From NCBI RefSeq assembly GCF_963921235.1, contig NC_086107.1, positions 116,872,001-116,936,000 on the forward strand: 64,000 nt of DNA, given 5' to 3'. The notes beneath the pieces are model-generated. The model ran no database searches and was not told where the DNA came from. It saw nothing but the letters and a program-made list of their open reading frames with translations. This stretch comes from Mobula hypostoma (Eukaryota). The translations under genes and the position numbers were made by a program. Below, piece after piece: positions 13,046 through 24,510 of the stretch. Within the stretch, counting starts at the first letter, position 1. Every line of letters begins with the position of its first letter.

Positions 13046-13342
13046 GATGGAGGCAGAAAGCTACCACTGCTGCAATGCTATCACATATTTTCTAGCACTA
13101 GGGGTGTATACCCTGCCAAAAATCATTATAAGAGTTTGCAGATGATACAAAGATTGGTGGAGGGGCAGATGGTGTTGAGGAAACAGATAGGATGCAGAAG
13201 GATTTAGACGTATTAGGAAACTTGGCAAGAAAGTGGCAAATGAAATATAATGTTGGAAAATGCATGTTCATGCACTTTGGTAGTAGAAGTAAATGTTTCT
13301 AAACTGGGAGAAAATCCAAAACTCCGAGATGCAAACGAACTT

Positions 13343-14510
13343 GCCTTTGACAAGGTCCCGCATGGGAGGTTAGTTAGGAAAATTCAGTCGCTAGGTATAC
13401 ATGGAGAGGTGGTAAATTAGATTAGACATTGGCTCAATGGAAGAAGTCAGAGAGTGGTGGTAGAGAATTGCTTCTCTGAGTGGAGGCCTGTGACTAGTGG
13501 TGTGCCACAGGGATCAGTGCTGGGTCCATTGTTATTTGTCATCTATATCAATGATCTGGATGATAATGTGGTAAATTGGATCAGCAAATTTGCTGATGAT
13601 ACAAAGATTGGGGGTGTAGTAGACAGTGAGAAAGGTTTTCAGAGCCTGCAGAGGGACTTGGACCAGCTGGAAAAATGGGCTGCAAAATGGCAGATGGAGT
13701 TTAATACAGACAAGTGTGAGGTATTGCATGTTGGAAGGACAAACCAAGGTAGACCATACAGGTTTAATGGTAAGGCACTGAGGCGTGCAGTGGAACAGAG
13801 GGATCTGGGAATACAGATACAAAATTCCCTAAAAGTAGCGTCACAGGTAGATAGGGTCGTAAAGAGAGCTTTTGGTACATTGGCCTTTATTAATCAAAGT
13901 ATTGAGTATAAGAGCTGGAATGTTATGATGAGGTTATATAAGGCATTGGTGAGGCTGAATCTGGAGTATTGTGTTCAGTTTTGGTCACCAAATTACAGGA
14001 AGGATATAAATAAGGTTGAAAGAGTGCAGAGAAGGTTTACAAGGATGTTGCCGGGACTTGAGAAACTCAGTTACAGAGAAAGGTTGAATAGGTTAGGACT
14101 TTATTCCCTGGAGCATAGAAGAATGAGGGGAGATTTAATAGAGGTATATAAAATTATGAAGGGTATAGATAGAGTGAATGCAAGCAGGCTTTTTCCACTG
14201 AGGCAAGGGGAGAAAAAAACCAGAGGACATGGGTTAAGGATGAGGGGAGAAAAGTTTAAAGGGAACATTGGGGGGGGGCTTCTTCACACAGAGAATGGTG
14301 GGAGTATGGAATGAGCTGTCAGACGAGGTGGTAAATGCGGGTTCTTTTTTAACATTTAAGAATAAATTGGACAGATACATGGATGGGAGGTGTATGGAGG
14401 GATATGGTCCGTGTGCAGGTCAGTGGGACTAGGCAGAAAATGGTTCGGCAAAGCCAAGAAGGGCCAAAAGGCCTGTTTCTGTGCTGTAGTTTCTATGATT
14501 TCTATGGTTT
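13343..14510 (+). mobile_element. 5'-truncated, relatively intact CR1 insertion nested in an older CR1
   Basis: Open 286-aa RT/C-terminal ORF 13454-14314; TTTCTATG-type tail at ~14489-14510; host CR1 continues on both sides. Confidence 0.9.
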
Positions 14511-15164
14511 CCTTGTGCAGAACACCCTGCAGGTTAACTTGCAGGTTGAGTTGGTGGTGAAGAAGGCAGATATAATGTTAATATTTATTTCAAGTGGTCC
14601 TGAATACAAGGGCAGGGATGTAATGCTGAGGCTTTATAAGGCACTGGTGAAGCCTCACCTTTTCATGTCTGAAAATGTCCACAGTCCATAAACACAGAAC
14701 CACGATACCATCCTATTAAAATCACTGACATTCATCGAAAGAGAGGGAAACCACACAAGGCAGACAGGCCTACCCACCTGTCACAGTGATAGGCTGCTCA
14801 CACACTCCTTCTCCAACAGCGACCAAAAGAAAGGCAATCGGCACTGAACTCTCACTCGCAAACCGCATTCGCCTCGACGTCTGAATCTTCCTCGGCGACT
14901 AATGGATGCTTTATCTGGTGAAATGAAAGTCAAACATTGGCTCATGCCCTGTCTTGAAGTTTCTCATTGAGGCAATCCAAGTACGTGCTCGCTTCCCGCA
15001 ATCTTCTCAGAGAAAGCAAAATGGTGGATCACTCAGATGATCTCCGAGCTGCAAATCGTGGGCTAAGGTGAAAAACGGATGTAAAAGAAGTAAAAAGGAC
15101 ATTTTTGTGAGCCATCTGAAAGGTGTCGACCAAAAGAGCATTATACACTGGTGCCATATAAGTC

Positions 15165-16025
15165 AATTAGTCCGACCTCAGTGGTCGGCAAGATTGTTGA
15201 GTCAAATATTAAGGATAAGCTCTGATGTTACTTGGAGGCACATGATAAAGTAGGCCATCATCAGCATGGTTTCCTCAAGGGAAAATCTTGCATGACAAAT
15301 CTGTTGAAATTATTTGAAAAAATGACGAGCAGGACAGACAAAGGAGAATCATTGGATGTTGTGTACTGGGATTTACAGAAGACCTTTGACAAGGTGCCAT
15401 ATATGAGGCTGCATAATAAGCTACAGGCCCGTGGTATTACAGGAAAGATTTTAGCGTGGATAAAGCAGTGGCTGATTGGCAGGAGGCAAAGAGTGGGAAT
15501 AAAGGGAACCTTTTCTGACTGGCTGACAGTGACTAGTGGTGTTTCACAGTGGTCTGTATTGGGACTGATTTTTTTTCACGTTATATGCCAATGATTTGGA
15601 TGATGGAATTTATGGCTTTGTTCCAAAGTTTGCAGATGATATGAAGATAGGTGGAGGAGCAGGTAGTTTTGAGGAGGTAGAGGCTACATAAGGACTTAGA
15701 CAGATTAGAGAATGGGCAAAGAAATGGCTGATGAAATACAGTATTGGGAGTTGTATGGTCACACACTTTGGTAGAAGAAATGAAAGGGTTGACTACTTTC
15801 TAAATGGAGAGAAAATGCAAAAAACTGAGGCACAAAAATGCAAAGGGACTGCTCAAAAAAGCCATCCCATAGGCACTCTAGAGATTACCCCTCCTGGAAT
15901 ATATCACCAACCTAATTTTCACAATCTATCTGCATATTGAAATCCCCCATGACGATTGTAACATTGAAATTTTGAGACTTTACAAAGCACTGATGAGGCC
16001 TCACTTGGAGTATTGTGAGCAGTTT
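15165..16025 (+). mobile_element. Decayed CR1 RT fragment
   Basis: QHGFLKGKSCMTNLL, DLQKTFDKVP, TSGVSQWSVLG. Confidence 0.82.
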
Positions 16026-16026
16026 T

Positions 16027-16430
16027 GGAGGAGCAACACCTCATGTTGCAACCAGGTAGCCTCCAACCTGATGGCATGAACATTGATTTCTCCTTCCAGT
16101 AATTTTTCACCCCCCTCCCCCGTTCTATTCCCCACTCTGGCCTCTTCTCCTCACCTGCCAATCATCTCCCCCTGGTGTCCCTCCTTATTTCCTTTCTCCC
16201 ACAGTCCACTCGCCTGTCCTATCAGATTCTTTCTTCTCTAGCCCACACACCTGGCTTCATGTATCACGTTCCAGCTATCCTCCTTCTCCTCCCTCCACCT
16301 TTTTATTCTGACATCTTTCCCCTTCTTTCCATCCTGATGATGAGTTTCGGCCCAAAACATTGATTTCCACAGATGCTGCCTGATCTGCTGAGTTTCTCCA
16401 GTATGTTGTGTGTTTTCCAGCATCTCCAGA
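16027..16430 (+). mobile_element. Diverged Penelope-like element 3' end
   Basis: GGTAGCCTCCAACCTGATGGCATGAACATTGATTT matches the GIY-YIG C-terminus at 36.9 kb; degenerate hammerhead near 16332. Confidence 0.75.
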
Positions 16431-16439
16431 ACATTGTGT

Positions 16440-16967
16440 GTTTAGAATATTGAAAGCCCTAGATAGAGTTGATGAGGAGAGGATTTTAATAGTGGGGGAG
16501 TCTAGGACCAGAGGGTGCAGCCTCAGAGTAGAAGGTCTGCCCTTTAGAACGGATGTGAGGAGGCATTTCTTTAACCAGAAGGTGGTAGCCATGGAGACGA
16601 AGTTATTGGGTATATTTAAAGCAGAGGTTGAAAGGTTCTTGATTGATAAGGCTATCAAAGGTTAAGGGGAGAAGGCAGGATGATAGGATTGAGAAGGAAA
16701 ATAAATCCACCACGATCAATGTTGGAACAGACTTGATGAGCAGAATGGCCTAATTCTGCTCTTATGTCATATGGTCTTGGGATTCTGGGAATGAAAAGGT
16801 TAACATATAAGGAGCGTTTGATGGCTCTGGTCCTGTACTCGCTGGAGTTTAGAAGAATGAAGGGGTATCTCATTGAAGCCTATCAAATATTGAAAGACAT
16901 AGATTGAGTGGATGTGGAGAGGATGTTTCCTATAGTGATACCTGTGGGCACAGCCTCAAAATAGAAG
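16440..16967 (+). mobile_element. Two short CR1 3' fragments; the second is the Gypsy insertion target
   Basis: GESRTRG and LYSLEFRRM segments, CR1 3'UTR-like sequence. Confidence 0.75.
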
Positions 16968-17797
16968 TGTGATGCCAAGCAAAGCTATCGGATGATTGAT
17001 GCTAATGAGAGAGATAAGAAAGACAATGGAGAAACATTCAAAATGCTAATAAGAGAGAAGAGAGGGATCATCAGAAAAGAAACACAATTCAGAATATTGA
17101 CAGACCGGTTGATTTGAACCTGAACTGTTTGAAGTTTGATGGACAGATGATACCCCAGCAGAGGGATAAAAAGAGCAGGTTTGCTAAGGCACGCAACACA
17201 CCACAAGACCACGAGACCCTGGAAAGAGCAGTGTACCCCGACAAGTGGTGGGAGTTTGGAGGTCCGGTTCACGGGAACCAACCAGAGGCTCACAGGGTGT
17301 AAAGGTATGATCGGTGGGAACCTGGGGTGTGTGTCCACCCTTGCCTGGGTGCCGGGTTCACCGCGGAAGAACGATTGTATCCGGAACGGAGGGGTCACAG
17401 TCAGTGACCACAGCGGGGATTAGAAGACATGAAAGCGACTGCCCGAAACCAACTGCGAAGACATCAAAGGTCTGCCTGAACCAAACTGCATCTCTCTCTC
17501 TCTCCAACGGTACAACAACAGCGATTACTGCGAACTGCACTAAACTGAACTGAACTCTGCTTCACTTTAGACTGATCATTTTACCCCAGACTGCGATAGA
17601 GCTTGGTTGATTCCTATTACCCTATTTCTGTGTATATGTGTGTATTATCATTGCTAACCTGTTACATTGATACCTTTACGATTAGAGTACTGTATTACTT
17701 ATGTCTTTAATAAAACTTTATTAGTTCCTAGTAATCCAGACTCCAACAAGCGTTCTATTTCTGCTAGTTTGGCAACCCAGTTACGGGGTATGTAACA
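16968..17797 (+). repeat. 5' LTR
   Basis: TGTGATGCC...ATGTAACA, direct repeat of 22835-23658, AATAAA near 17709. Confidence 0.96.
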
Positions 17798-17801
17798 TAA
17801 A

Positions 17802-17820
17802 TGGGGATCTCGTCCGGGAT
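17802..17820 (+). promoter_or_regulatory. Primer-binding site, tRNA-Pro type
   Basis: TGGGGATCTCGTCCGGGAT just after the 5' LTR, close to the canonical Pro PBS TGGGGGCTCGTCCGGGAT. Confidence 0.85.
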
Positions 17821-17896
17821 TTTGAATGCCAAAATTGGGACTGGGTAAATTGATTGGGTTAAAATTCCCGAAAGAAAGAAAGGGCAAACAGCAGAA

Positions 17897-19200
17897 ATGG
17901 AGATTAAGGAATTTCTAAAGGCGCCAACCTTGGAGGCATTAGAGGATGCCAGGAAATCAGAATTGGCAACTGTTGCCAAACGGTTGAATCTTTTTAAGGG
18001 AAGCTGACAATGAGGAGAGTGGAGATGCACAGAGCTATCGTTGAGCATTATGTATCTAAAGGTGTGTTTCCCCAAGGGGAGCTGGAGGTGGTATCTATGA
18101 GCAAACCTGGTGGAGAAGCAGTGCAGCTGCAGATGGAAAAATTGAGACTCGAGCACGAGTTCCAAATAAAGCAGTTAGAACGGGAAGAGAGAGTACAGCA
18201 GTTGGAACGAGAAGAGAGAGACAAGCAGTTAGAACGGGAAGAGAGAGAGAAGCAGAAGGAAAGGGAGTTTGAGCTGGAGAAGTTAAGGATGATGCTAGAG
18301 AGGGGCCAAATGCCAAACCAAGGTGGAGGGTTCAGGGTGACCCAGGAGGTTAGGCTGGTTCCCCCATTTGAGGAGGCCAATGTTGATCGGTACTTTCTAC
18401 ATTTTGAAAAAGTTGCTGCAAGTCAGAACTGGCTGAGGGATAAGTGGGCTGTTTTGCTTCAGAGCGTACTTAAGGGGAAGGCTCAGCAAGCTTACTTGGC
18501 ATTGTCCGCAGAAGATGCCCAGAGGTATGATGTGGTGAAAGAGGCTATACTCAGGATTTATGAGTTGGTCCCGGAGGCATACCGGCAAAGGTTCCGGAAT
18601 GTGAGGAAGCAGTGGGGCCGCACGTATTTAGGGTTTGCCCGTGAGATACAGATGTATTGTGAGCGTTGGTGCGCCTCAAAAGGGGTCAATGGGGATTATG
18701 ACAGACTTCTACAGCTAATACTGATTGAGCAATTTAAAGGTTGTGTCCCTGAAGGTATGAGGCCCTATCTAGATGAGAAAGAGGCAGAAACCTTAGCCAC
18801 AACTGCTAAGTTAGCGGATGAGTATGCGTTAACACACAAAGCAAAATTTACCCCGAGTAAAAGCTATCAGAAGGGTAGTTGAGAGGGCGGAGAAAGTCCG
18901 CCGGAAAAGCCAGGAAGTAAGTCGGGGACTAGTGAGAAGGATAAGGAAGACAGGAAGCAGTTTGGTAGGAAGTCTCCTGGGGTCGTATGCTATAATTGTG
19001 GGAAAGCCGGTCACATTGCGTCCAGGTGTTTTGCCCCAAAGAAGGAGGCGGGGAAAGGAAAAACGACGACTCTGACTGGCTGTATTGAGCCGGCAAACAA
19101 ACCGCTAGGGGAGAAGAGGTCTGATAGAGTTCAGGAAGGGCGCGAGAAGTTTATTTCAGCCGGATTGATGTCGGTAAAGGAGGGGTCAACCCCAGTTCCA
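17897..19200 (+). pseudogene. gag with coiled coil, SCAN-like capsid and CCHC zinc knuckle
   Basis: ORF 18010-18882 (QLEREER repeats, PEAYRQRFR, LQLILIEQF); CYNCGKAGHIASRC at ~18988-19029 after a premature stop. Confidence 0.9.
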
Positions 19201-19587
19201 GTACGGATCTGGAGACACTGGGGCTTGTCAGTCATTGATCTTAAGGAGGGTGTTAGACTTTAGTCCAGAGACCGAGACTGGGGAGGTCAGGGTGATAAAA
19301 GGCATTGGGAAACGGACTGAAGCAGTACCTTTGCAGCAGATACACCTAAAAAGTGACTTGGTCTCTGGACCGGTCACGATAGGGGTGAGGCCCAAATTAC
19401 CGATGGAAGACATGGAGGTCTTACTCGGTAATGACCTTGCAGGCGGAGATGTGTACCCAGCAGTAAAGCTGACGAGCAAGCCTGCCAGGACTGAGGACCC
19501 GCTCATGAACTCACAGGTTTATCCCGTTTGCACAGCCACTCGGCGCATGTCCAGAAAGGCTGCCAAAGAGAATGTAGATTTAGCTGA

Positions 19588-19818
19588 CAACACACATCAA
19601 ATTTGCTGGTGAACTCAGCAGGCCAGGCAGCATCTGTAGGAAAAGGTGCAGTCGACGTTTCAGGCCGGGACCCTTCATCAGAACGTCCTGATGAAGGGTC
19701 TCGGCCTGAAACGTCGACTGCACCTCTTCCTACAGATGCTGCCTGGCCTGCTGCGTTGACCAGCAACTTTGATGTGTGTTGCTTGAATTTCCAGCATCTG
19801 CAGAATTCCTGTTGTTTT
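19588..19818. mobile_element. Penelope-derived fold-back insertion inside Gypsy pol
   Basis: 97-bp inverted arms 19588-19684 and 19685-19781 plus a 37-nt tail; 15-bp TSD TGTAGATTTAGCTGA (19573-19587, 19819-19833). Confidence 0.9.
19685..19718 (+). ncRNA. Minimal type I hammerhead ribozyme motif (mirror copy on minus strand 19651-19684)
   Basis: GTC-CTGATGA-AGGGTCTCGGCCT-GAAA-CGTC-GAC: conserved core boxes, stems I and II, palindromic ACGT in place of stem III. Confidence 0.8.
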
Positions 19819-22800
19819 TGTAGATTTAGCTGAGATGTTTTTACCAGCCTTGTACCAGGAGGGGTTAGAAAGTGAGAAGAAGGAGCATAGTGGAGTGGAA
19901 GGAAGTGAGGTAGTTGAAGTAGATATCATTAGCGAGGAACGAATTTATACAGGCACAGGAACAAGACAAGGAGCTGATGGTTTTGACGGAGACAGCTCTC
20001 TCCGAAGCAGAAATAAAAGGGGAACCAGTGGGCTATTATGTGAAGGAGGGAGTACTAATGAGGAAGTGGAGACCAAATACCGTGCCCGCAGATGAGGAAT
20101 GGGGGGTGGTACACCAGGTGATAGTGCTGAAAATTTATAGGGACGAGATTTTTAACCTGGCCCACAAGATACCCCTCAGTGGACATTTTGGAGTGAGGAA
20201 AACAGTTGATAGAATTATGAAAGAGTTTTACTGGCCGAACATGAGGAAGGATATTATTGAATATTGTAGGTGATGTCATTTATGTCAGGTGGTAGGAAAG
20301 CCAAATCAGGTCCTGCCAAAAGCGCCCCTTCGATTGATACCCGCTTTCGGGGAACCTTTTTCCCGAATAATTGTGGATTTTGTCAGTCCCCTGTCCAGAA
20401 CTGCGAGTGGGCGAGAGCATGTGATGACTATGATGTGCGCCGCCACCAGGTTTCCGGAGGCTGTGCCCCTGGCAAGCGTCAAGGCTCCCGCAGTGGTAAA
20501 GGCACTTGTGAAATTGTTCACTATGGTGGGGCTGCCCAAGGAAATCCAGTCAGATCAGGGGAGTGTCTTCACATCTCACACATTCCCACAGATGTTGGAT
20601 GAGATGGGAGCAAAGCAGATTTTGGCTTCCGCGTACCACCCAGAGTCCCAAGGGGCATTGGAAAGATTCCACGCAACATTAAAGACCATGATTAAAATTT
20701 ATTGTCAAGAGAACGCTCGGGACTGGGATGATGCCTTGCCTCTTCTGCTATTTGCTGTAAGGGACACGGTTTGGGAGTCATTGGGGTTCAGCCCATTCGA
20801 GCTTGTTTTCGGTCATCGGCCTAGAGGACCCCTGACCTTACTGAAAGAGCAATGGTCCAGTCCGGCAGTACAAGTCAATGTAATTGACTATGTTTTAAAA
20901 TTTCGTGAGAGGCTTAAAAGGATCTGTGACCTTGCCAAAGAAAATCTACAACACTCCCAAACTAAAATGAAACAGTGGTATGATAGACGTGCCCACGAAC
21001 AAGTGTTTCAAGTGGGTGATCGGGTCTTAGTTCTGTTTCCAGTGGTAACCAACCCCCTCCAGGCGAGATTCCACGGTCCGTACATGGTGATTAAAAAGGT
21101 AGACTCTTTGAATTATGTTATCGAGACGCCGGACAGGCGTAAGCCAACACAATTAGTACACATTAATACGTTAAAAGCTTACCACGATCAGAAAGCAGAT
21201 CTAGTTGGTGTTATCACGAAAATTAATGAGGCTGGGGTGCCAAATGATAAGGGGAAGACCCATTTTGAAAAGATAAATATGGTGCTGACCAGATTGGAGA
21301 ACTCTGTTGTTTTGGCCAACTTTGCTGATAAGGTCTCTCACTTAACCCCCAACAGAGTGAGCCGCTGATAAAGCTAATTAACCGGCATGCCGATGTGTGT
21401 CTGGATGTCCCGAGGCGATGCAGAGGGATGGTACATGATGTTGTTGTCACATCAGATCCGCCTATTAAGCAACACCCCTATAGGATGAACTTGGAAAAGG
21501 GCAAGCTAGTGGAGAAAGAAATTGAATACATGCTAGTCACAGATATTATTAGGCCATCCAAATCGGAATGGGCGTCTCCCTGTGTGGCTGTCCCGAAAGT
21601 CGATGGGAGCATACAATTCTGTACAGATTACAGAAAAGTGAACACCATCACAAAAACTGATGCTTACCCCATCCCAAGGGTAGACGATTGCATTGATAAA
21701 GTGGGGAGAGCTAAGTACATCACAAAGATCGTTTTGCTAAAAGGGTACTGGTGCGTTCCTTTAACCGACCGGGCTAGAGAAATCTCAGCATTTGTCACTC
21801 CATCTGAGTTATACGAGTATAATGTTTTACCCTTGGCATGAAAAACGCCCCAGGGACCTTCCAAAGGATGATTAATTCAGCGATAAAAGGGTTAAAGAAC
21901 GCAGAAGCGTATATTGATGATTTAGTGGTCTGGAGTGACACGTGGGAGGAGCACATTGTGGCAGTAGAGGAACTGTTTAAATGGCTGTCTGAAGCCAACC
22001 TGACAGTGAACCTCGCAAAAAGTGAATTCGGCCACGTGAAGGTCACTTATCTAGGATTTGTGGTAGGACAGGGGCAGCTGGCATCGATGCAGGTTAAGGT
22101 GCAGGCTATCTCTGAAGTTCCCATCCCAACGGACAAGACAGCCCTGAGAAGGTTCTTGGGGATGGTGGGGTACTATCGGAAGTTTTGCAAAAACTTTGCG
22201 GATATTACCCTCCCTCTTACTAAGCTCTTGCCGAAGAATGCGAAGTTTGTGTGGGACGACCTTTGTCAACAAGCCTTTGAGAGTTTGAAGGCGATTCTGT
22301 GTCACCACCCTGTATTGAATGCGCCTGACTTTTCTAAACCCTTCTCCCTAGCAACAGATGCTCGCGACGAAGCTGCCGGGACGGTGCTGTTACAGACAGA
22401 CAAAGAGGAGATTGACCACCCAGTGGCTTATTTTTCTAAGAAGTTTAATGTCCATCAGAGAAATTATTCCACTGTGGAGAAGGAATTACTGGCAATCATA
22501 ATAGCATTGCAACATTTTGAGGTTTATATTTGTCCGGCACAGAAACCACTGATAATTTACACTGATCACAATCCATTAGTGTTTTTGGCCACTATGAAGG
22601 ATAAAAACAAATGGTTACTAAGTTGGAGCCTGGTCTTACAGGAATTTGATATTAAAATAAAACATATAAAAGGAACGGACAATGTGATTGCTGACTGTCT
22701 GTCAAGGTGTTAAAACTTAAAGTTCTCTGTATTAGCCGAATAGCTGATGACTACCTGTATATTAGTGTGTATCTAATAATGTGCATTCATGCCCATAATT

Positions 22801-22834
22801 TTTACCCTGGTAAAAATCCTTTTAAGGGTGGGGG

Positions 22835-23658
22835 TGTGACGCCAAGCAAAGATATCAGACGATTGATGCTAATGAGAGAGATAAGAAAGATAATGGAGAA
22901 ACATTCAAATTGCTAATAAGAGAGAAGAGAGGGATTAACAGAAAAGAAACACAATTCAGAATATTGACAGACCGGTTGCTTTGAACCTGAACTGTTTGAA
23001 GTTTGATGGACAGGTGATACCCCAGCAGAGGGATAAAAAGAGCAGGTTTGCTAAGGCACGCAACACACCACAAGACCACGAGACCCTGGAAAGAGCAGTG
23101 TACCCTCACAAGTGGTGGGAGTTTGGAGGTCCGGTTCACGGGAACCGACCAGAGGCTCACAGGGTGTAAAGGTACGATCGGTAGGAACCTGGGGTGTGTG
23201 TCCGTCCTTGCCTGGGTGCCGGGTTCACCACGGAAGAACGATTGTATCTGGAACGGAGGGGTCACAGTCAGTGACCACAGCGGGGGTTAGAAGACATAAA
23301 AGGGTCTGCCCGAGACCAACTGCGAAGAAATCAAAGGTCTGCCTGAACCAAACTGCATCTCTCTCTCTCTCCAACGGTACAACAACAGCTATTACTGCGA
23401 ACTGCACTAAACTGAACCGAGCTCTGCAAGACTGATCATTTTACCCTAGACTGCGATAGAGCTTGGTTGATTCCTATTACCCTATTTCTGTGTATATGTG
23501 TGTATTATCATTGCTAACCTGTTACATTGATACCCTTACGATTAGAGTACTGTATTACTTACGTCTTTAATAAAAACTTTATTAGTTCCTAGTAATCCAG
23601 ACTCCAACGAGCGTTCCATTTCTGCTGGTTTGGCAACCCAGTTACTGGGTACGTAACA
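22835..23658 (+). repeat. 3' LTR preceded by polypurine tract
   Basis: AAGGGTGGGGG (22824-22834), then TGTGACGCC...CGTAACA. Confidence 0.96.
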
Positions 23659-23675
23659 GAAGTTATCCTAGAAGC

Positions 23676-24510
23676 AGTGTATCACCCCTGACCCCATTAC
23701 AACCTGAATCCCAGATACAGTGTGTCTCTTCTGACCCCATTACACCCTGAATCCCAGATACAGTGTACAACCCCTATCACATTACATTTTGAATCACAAA
23801 AACAGTGTATCACCCCTGACCCCCATTACACCCTGAATCCCACAAACAGTGTGTCATCCTGACCCCATTAAAGTCTGAATCCCAGAAATAGTGTGCAATG
23901 CTGATCCCATTACGCCCTGAATCGCAGAAACAATGTGTCACCTTTCACCCCATTACACCCTGACTCTCAGAAACAGTGTGTCACCCCTGACCCCATTGCA
24001 CCCTGAATCCCGGAAACAGTGTGTAACACTGATCCCATTACACTCTGAATTCCAGAAACAGTGTGCTACCACCCTGACTGCATTACAGCCTGAATCCCAG
24101 AAACAATGAGTCACCTCTGACCCCATTCCAGCCTGAAACCCGGAATCAGTGTGTCACCTCTGACCCCATTACACGCCGAATCCCGGAATCAGTGTGCCAC
24201 CCCTGACTGCATTACAGCCTGAAAACTGAAAACATTGTGATATCTCTGGCCTCTTTCCAGTCTGAGAACTTTCACTAGTGTGCTATACCTTACATCAAGA
24301 CACCAAGATGAAGACCATTGTGTCAGTACACCGACAGACCAGTGTGCTATTATCTCAATACACTCTGAAACGGAGAACAGTGAGCCATCCTTTCTGTCAT
24401 TAAACCAAGAGTAACAAGTGTGAACTCCCTTATGTCATACCGTCTGACCAGTGTACTATCCCTTACGTCATTACACAGAGACTACGACAGTGTGCTATCC
24501 ATACGTCACT
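23676..24510. repeat. Tandem satellite, ~43-bp units grading into ~42-bp units
   Basis: About 13 copies of CAGTGTGTCACCCCTGACCCCATTACACCCTGAATCCCAGAAA, then variants of CCAGTGTGCTATCCCTTACGTCATTACAC. Confidence 0.9.

Larger units (their letters stand above)
8457..13132 (-). mobile_element. Academ (AcademX-type) DNA transposon, internally deleted, with terminal inverted repeats
   Basis: Left terminus TAGTCCGTGAGCC at 8457; 8506-8581 is an imperfect inverted repeat of 13057-13132; minus-strand ORFs encode transposase, XPG/PIN nuclease and Cys8 motifs. Confidence 0.82.
19200..22713 (+). pseudogene. pol: protease, integrase, reverse transcriptase, RNase H (stops and frameshifts)
   Basis: DTGA-type protease at ~19214; HHCC (AHKIPLSGHFG) and core (SDQG, YHPESQGALER) integrase 19977-21368; RT FCTDYRKVN and YIDD; RNase H LATDA, YTDHNPL, ADCLSR. 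Confidence 0.92.
16968..23658 (+). mobile_element. Full-length Gmr1-like Ty3/Gypsy LTR retrotransposon (gag-PR-IN-RT-RH), inactivated
   Basis: Two LTRs with TGT...ACA ends, TSD GAAG (16964-16967, 23659-23662), PBS, PPT and all pol domains present. Confidence 0.96.

Noticed and set aside
19503..19929. Recurrent small ORFs MLVNAAGQAAS... (also 26975, 36536, 37463)
   Set aside because: Translations of the non-coding Penelope terminal repeat; recurrence reflects repeat copies.
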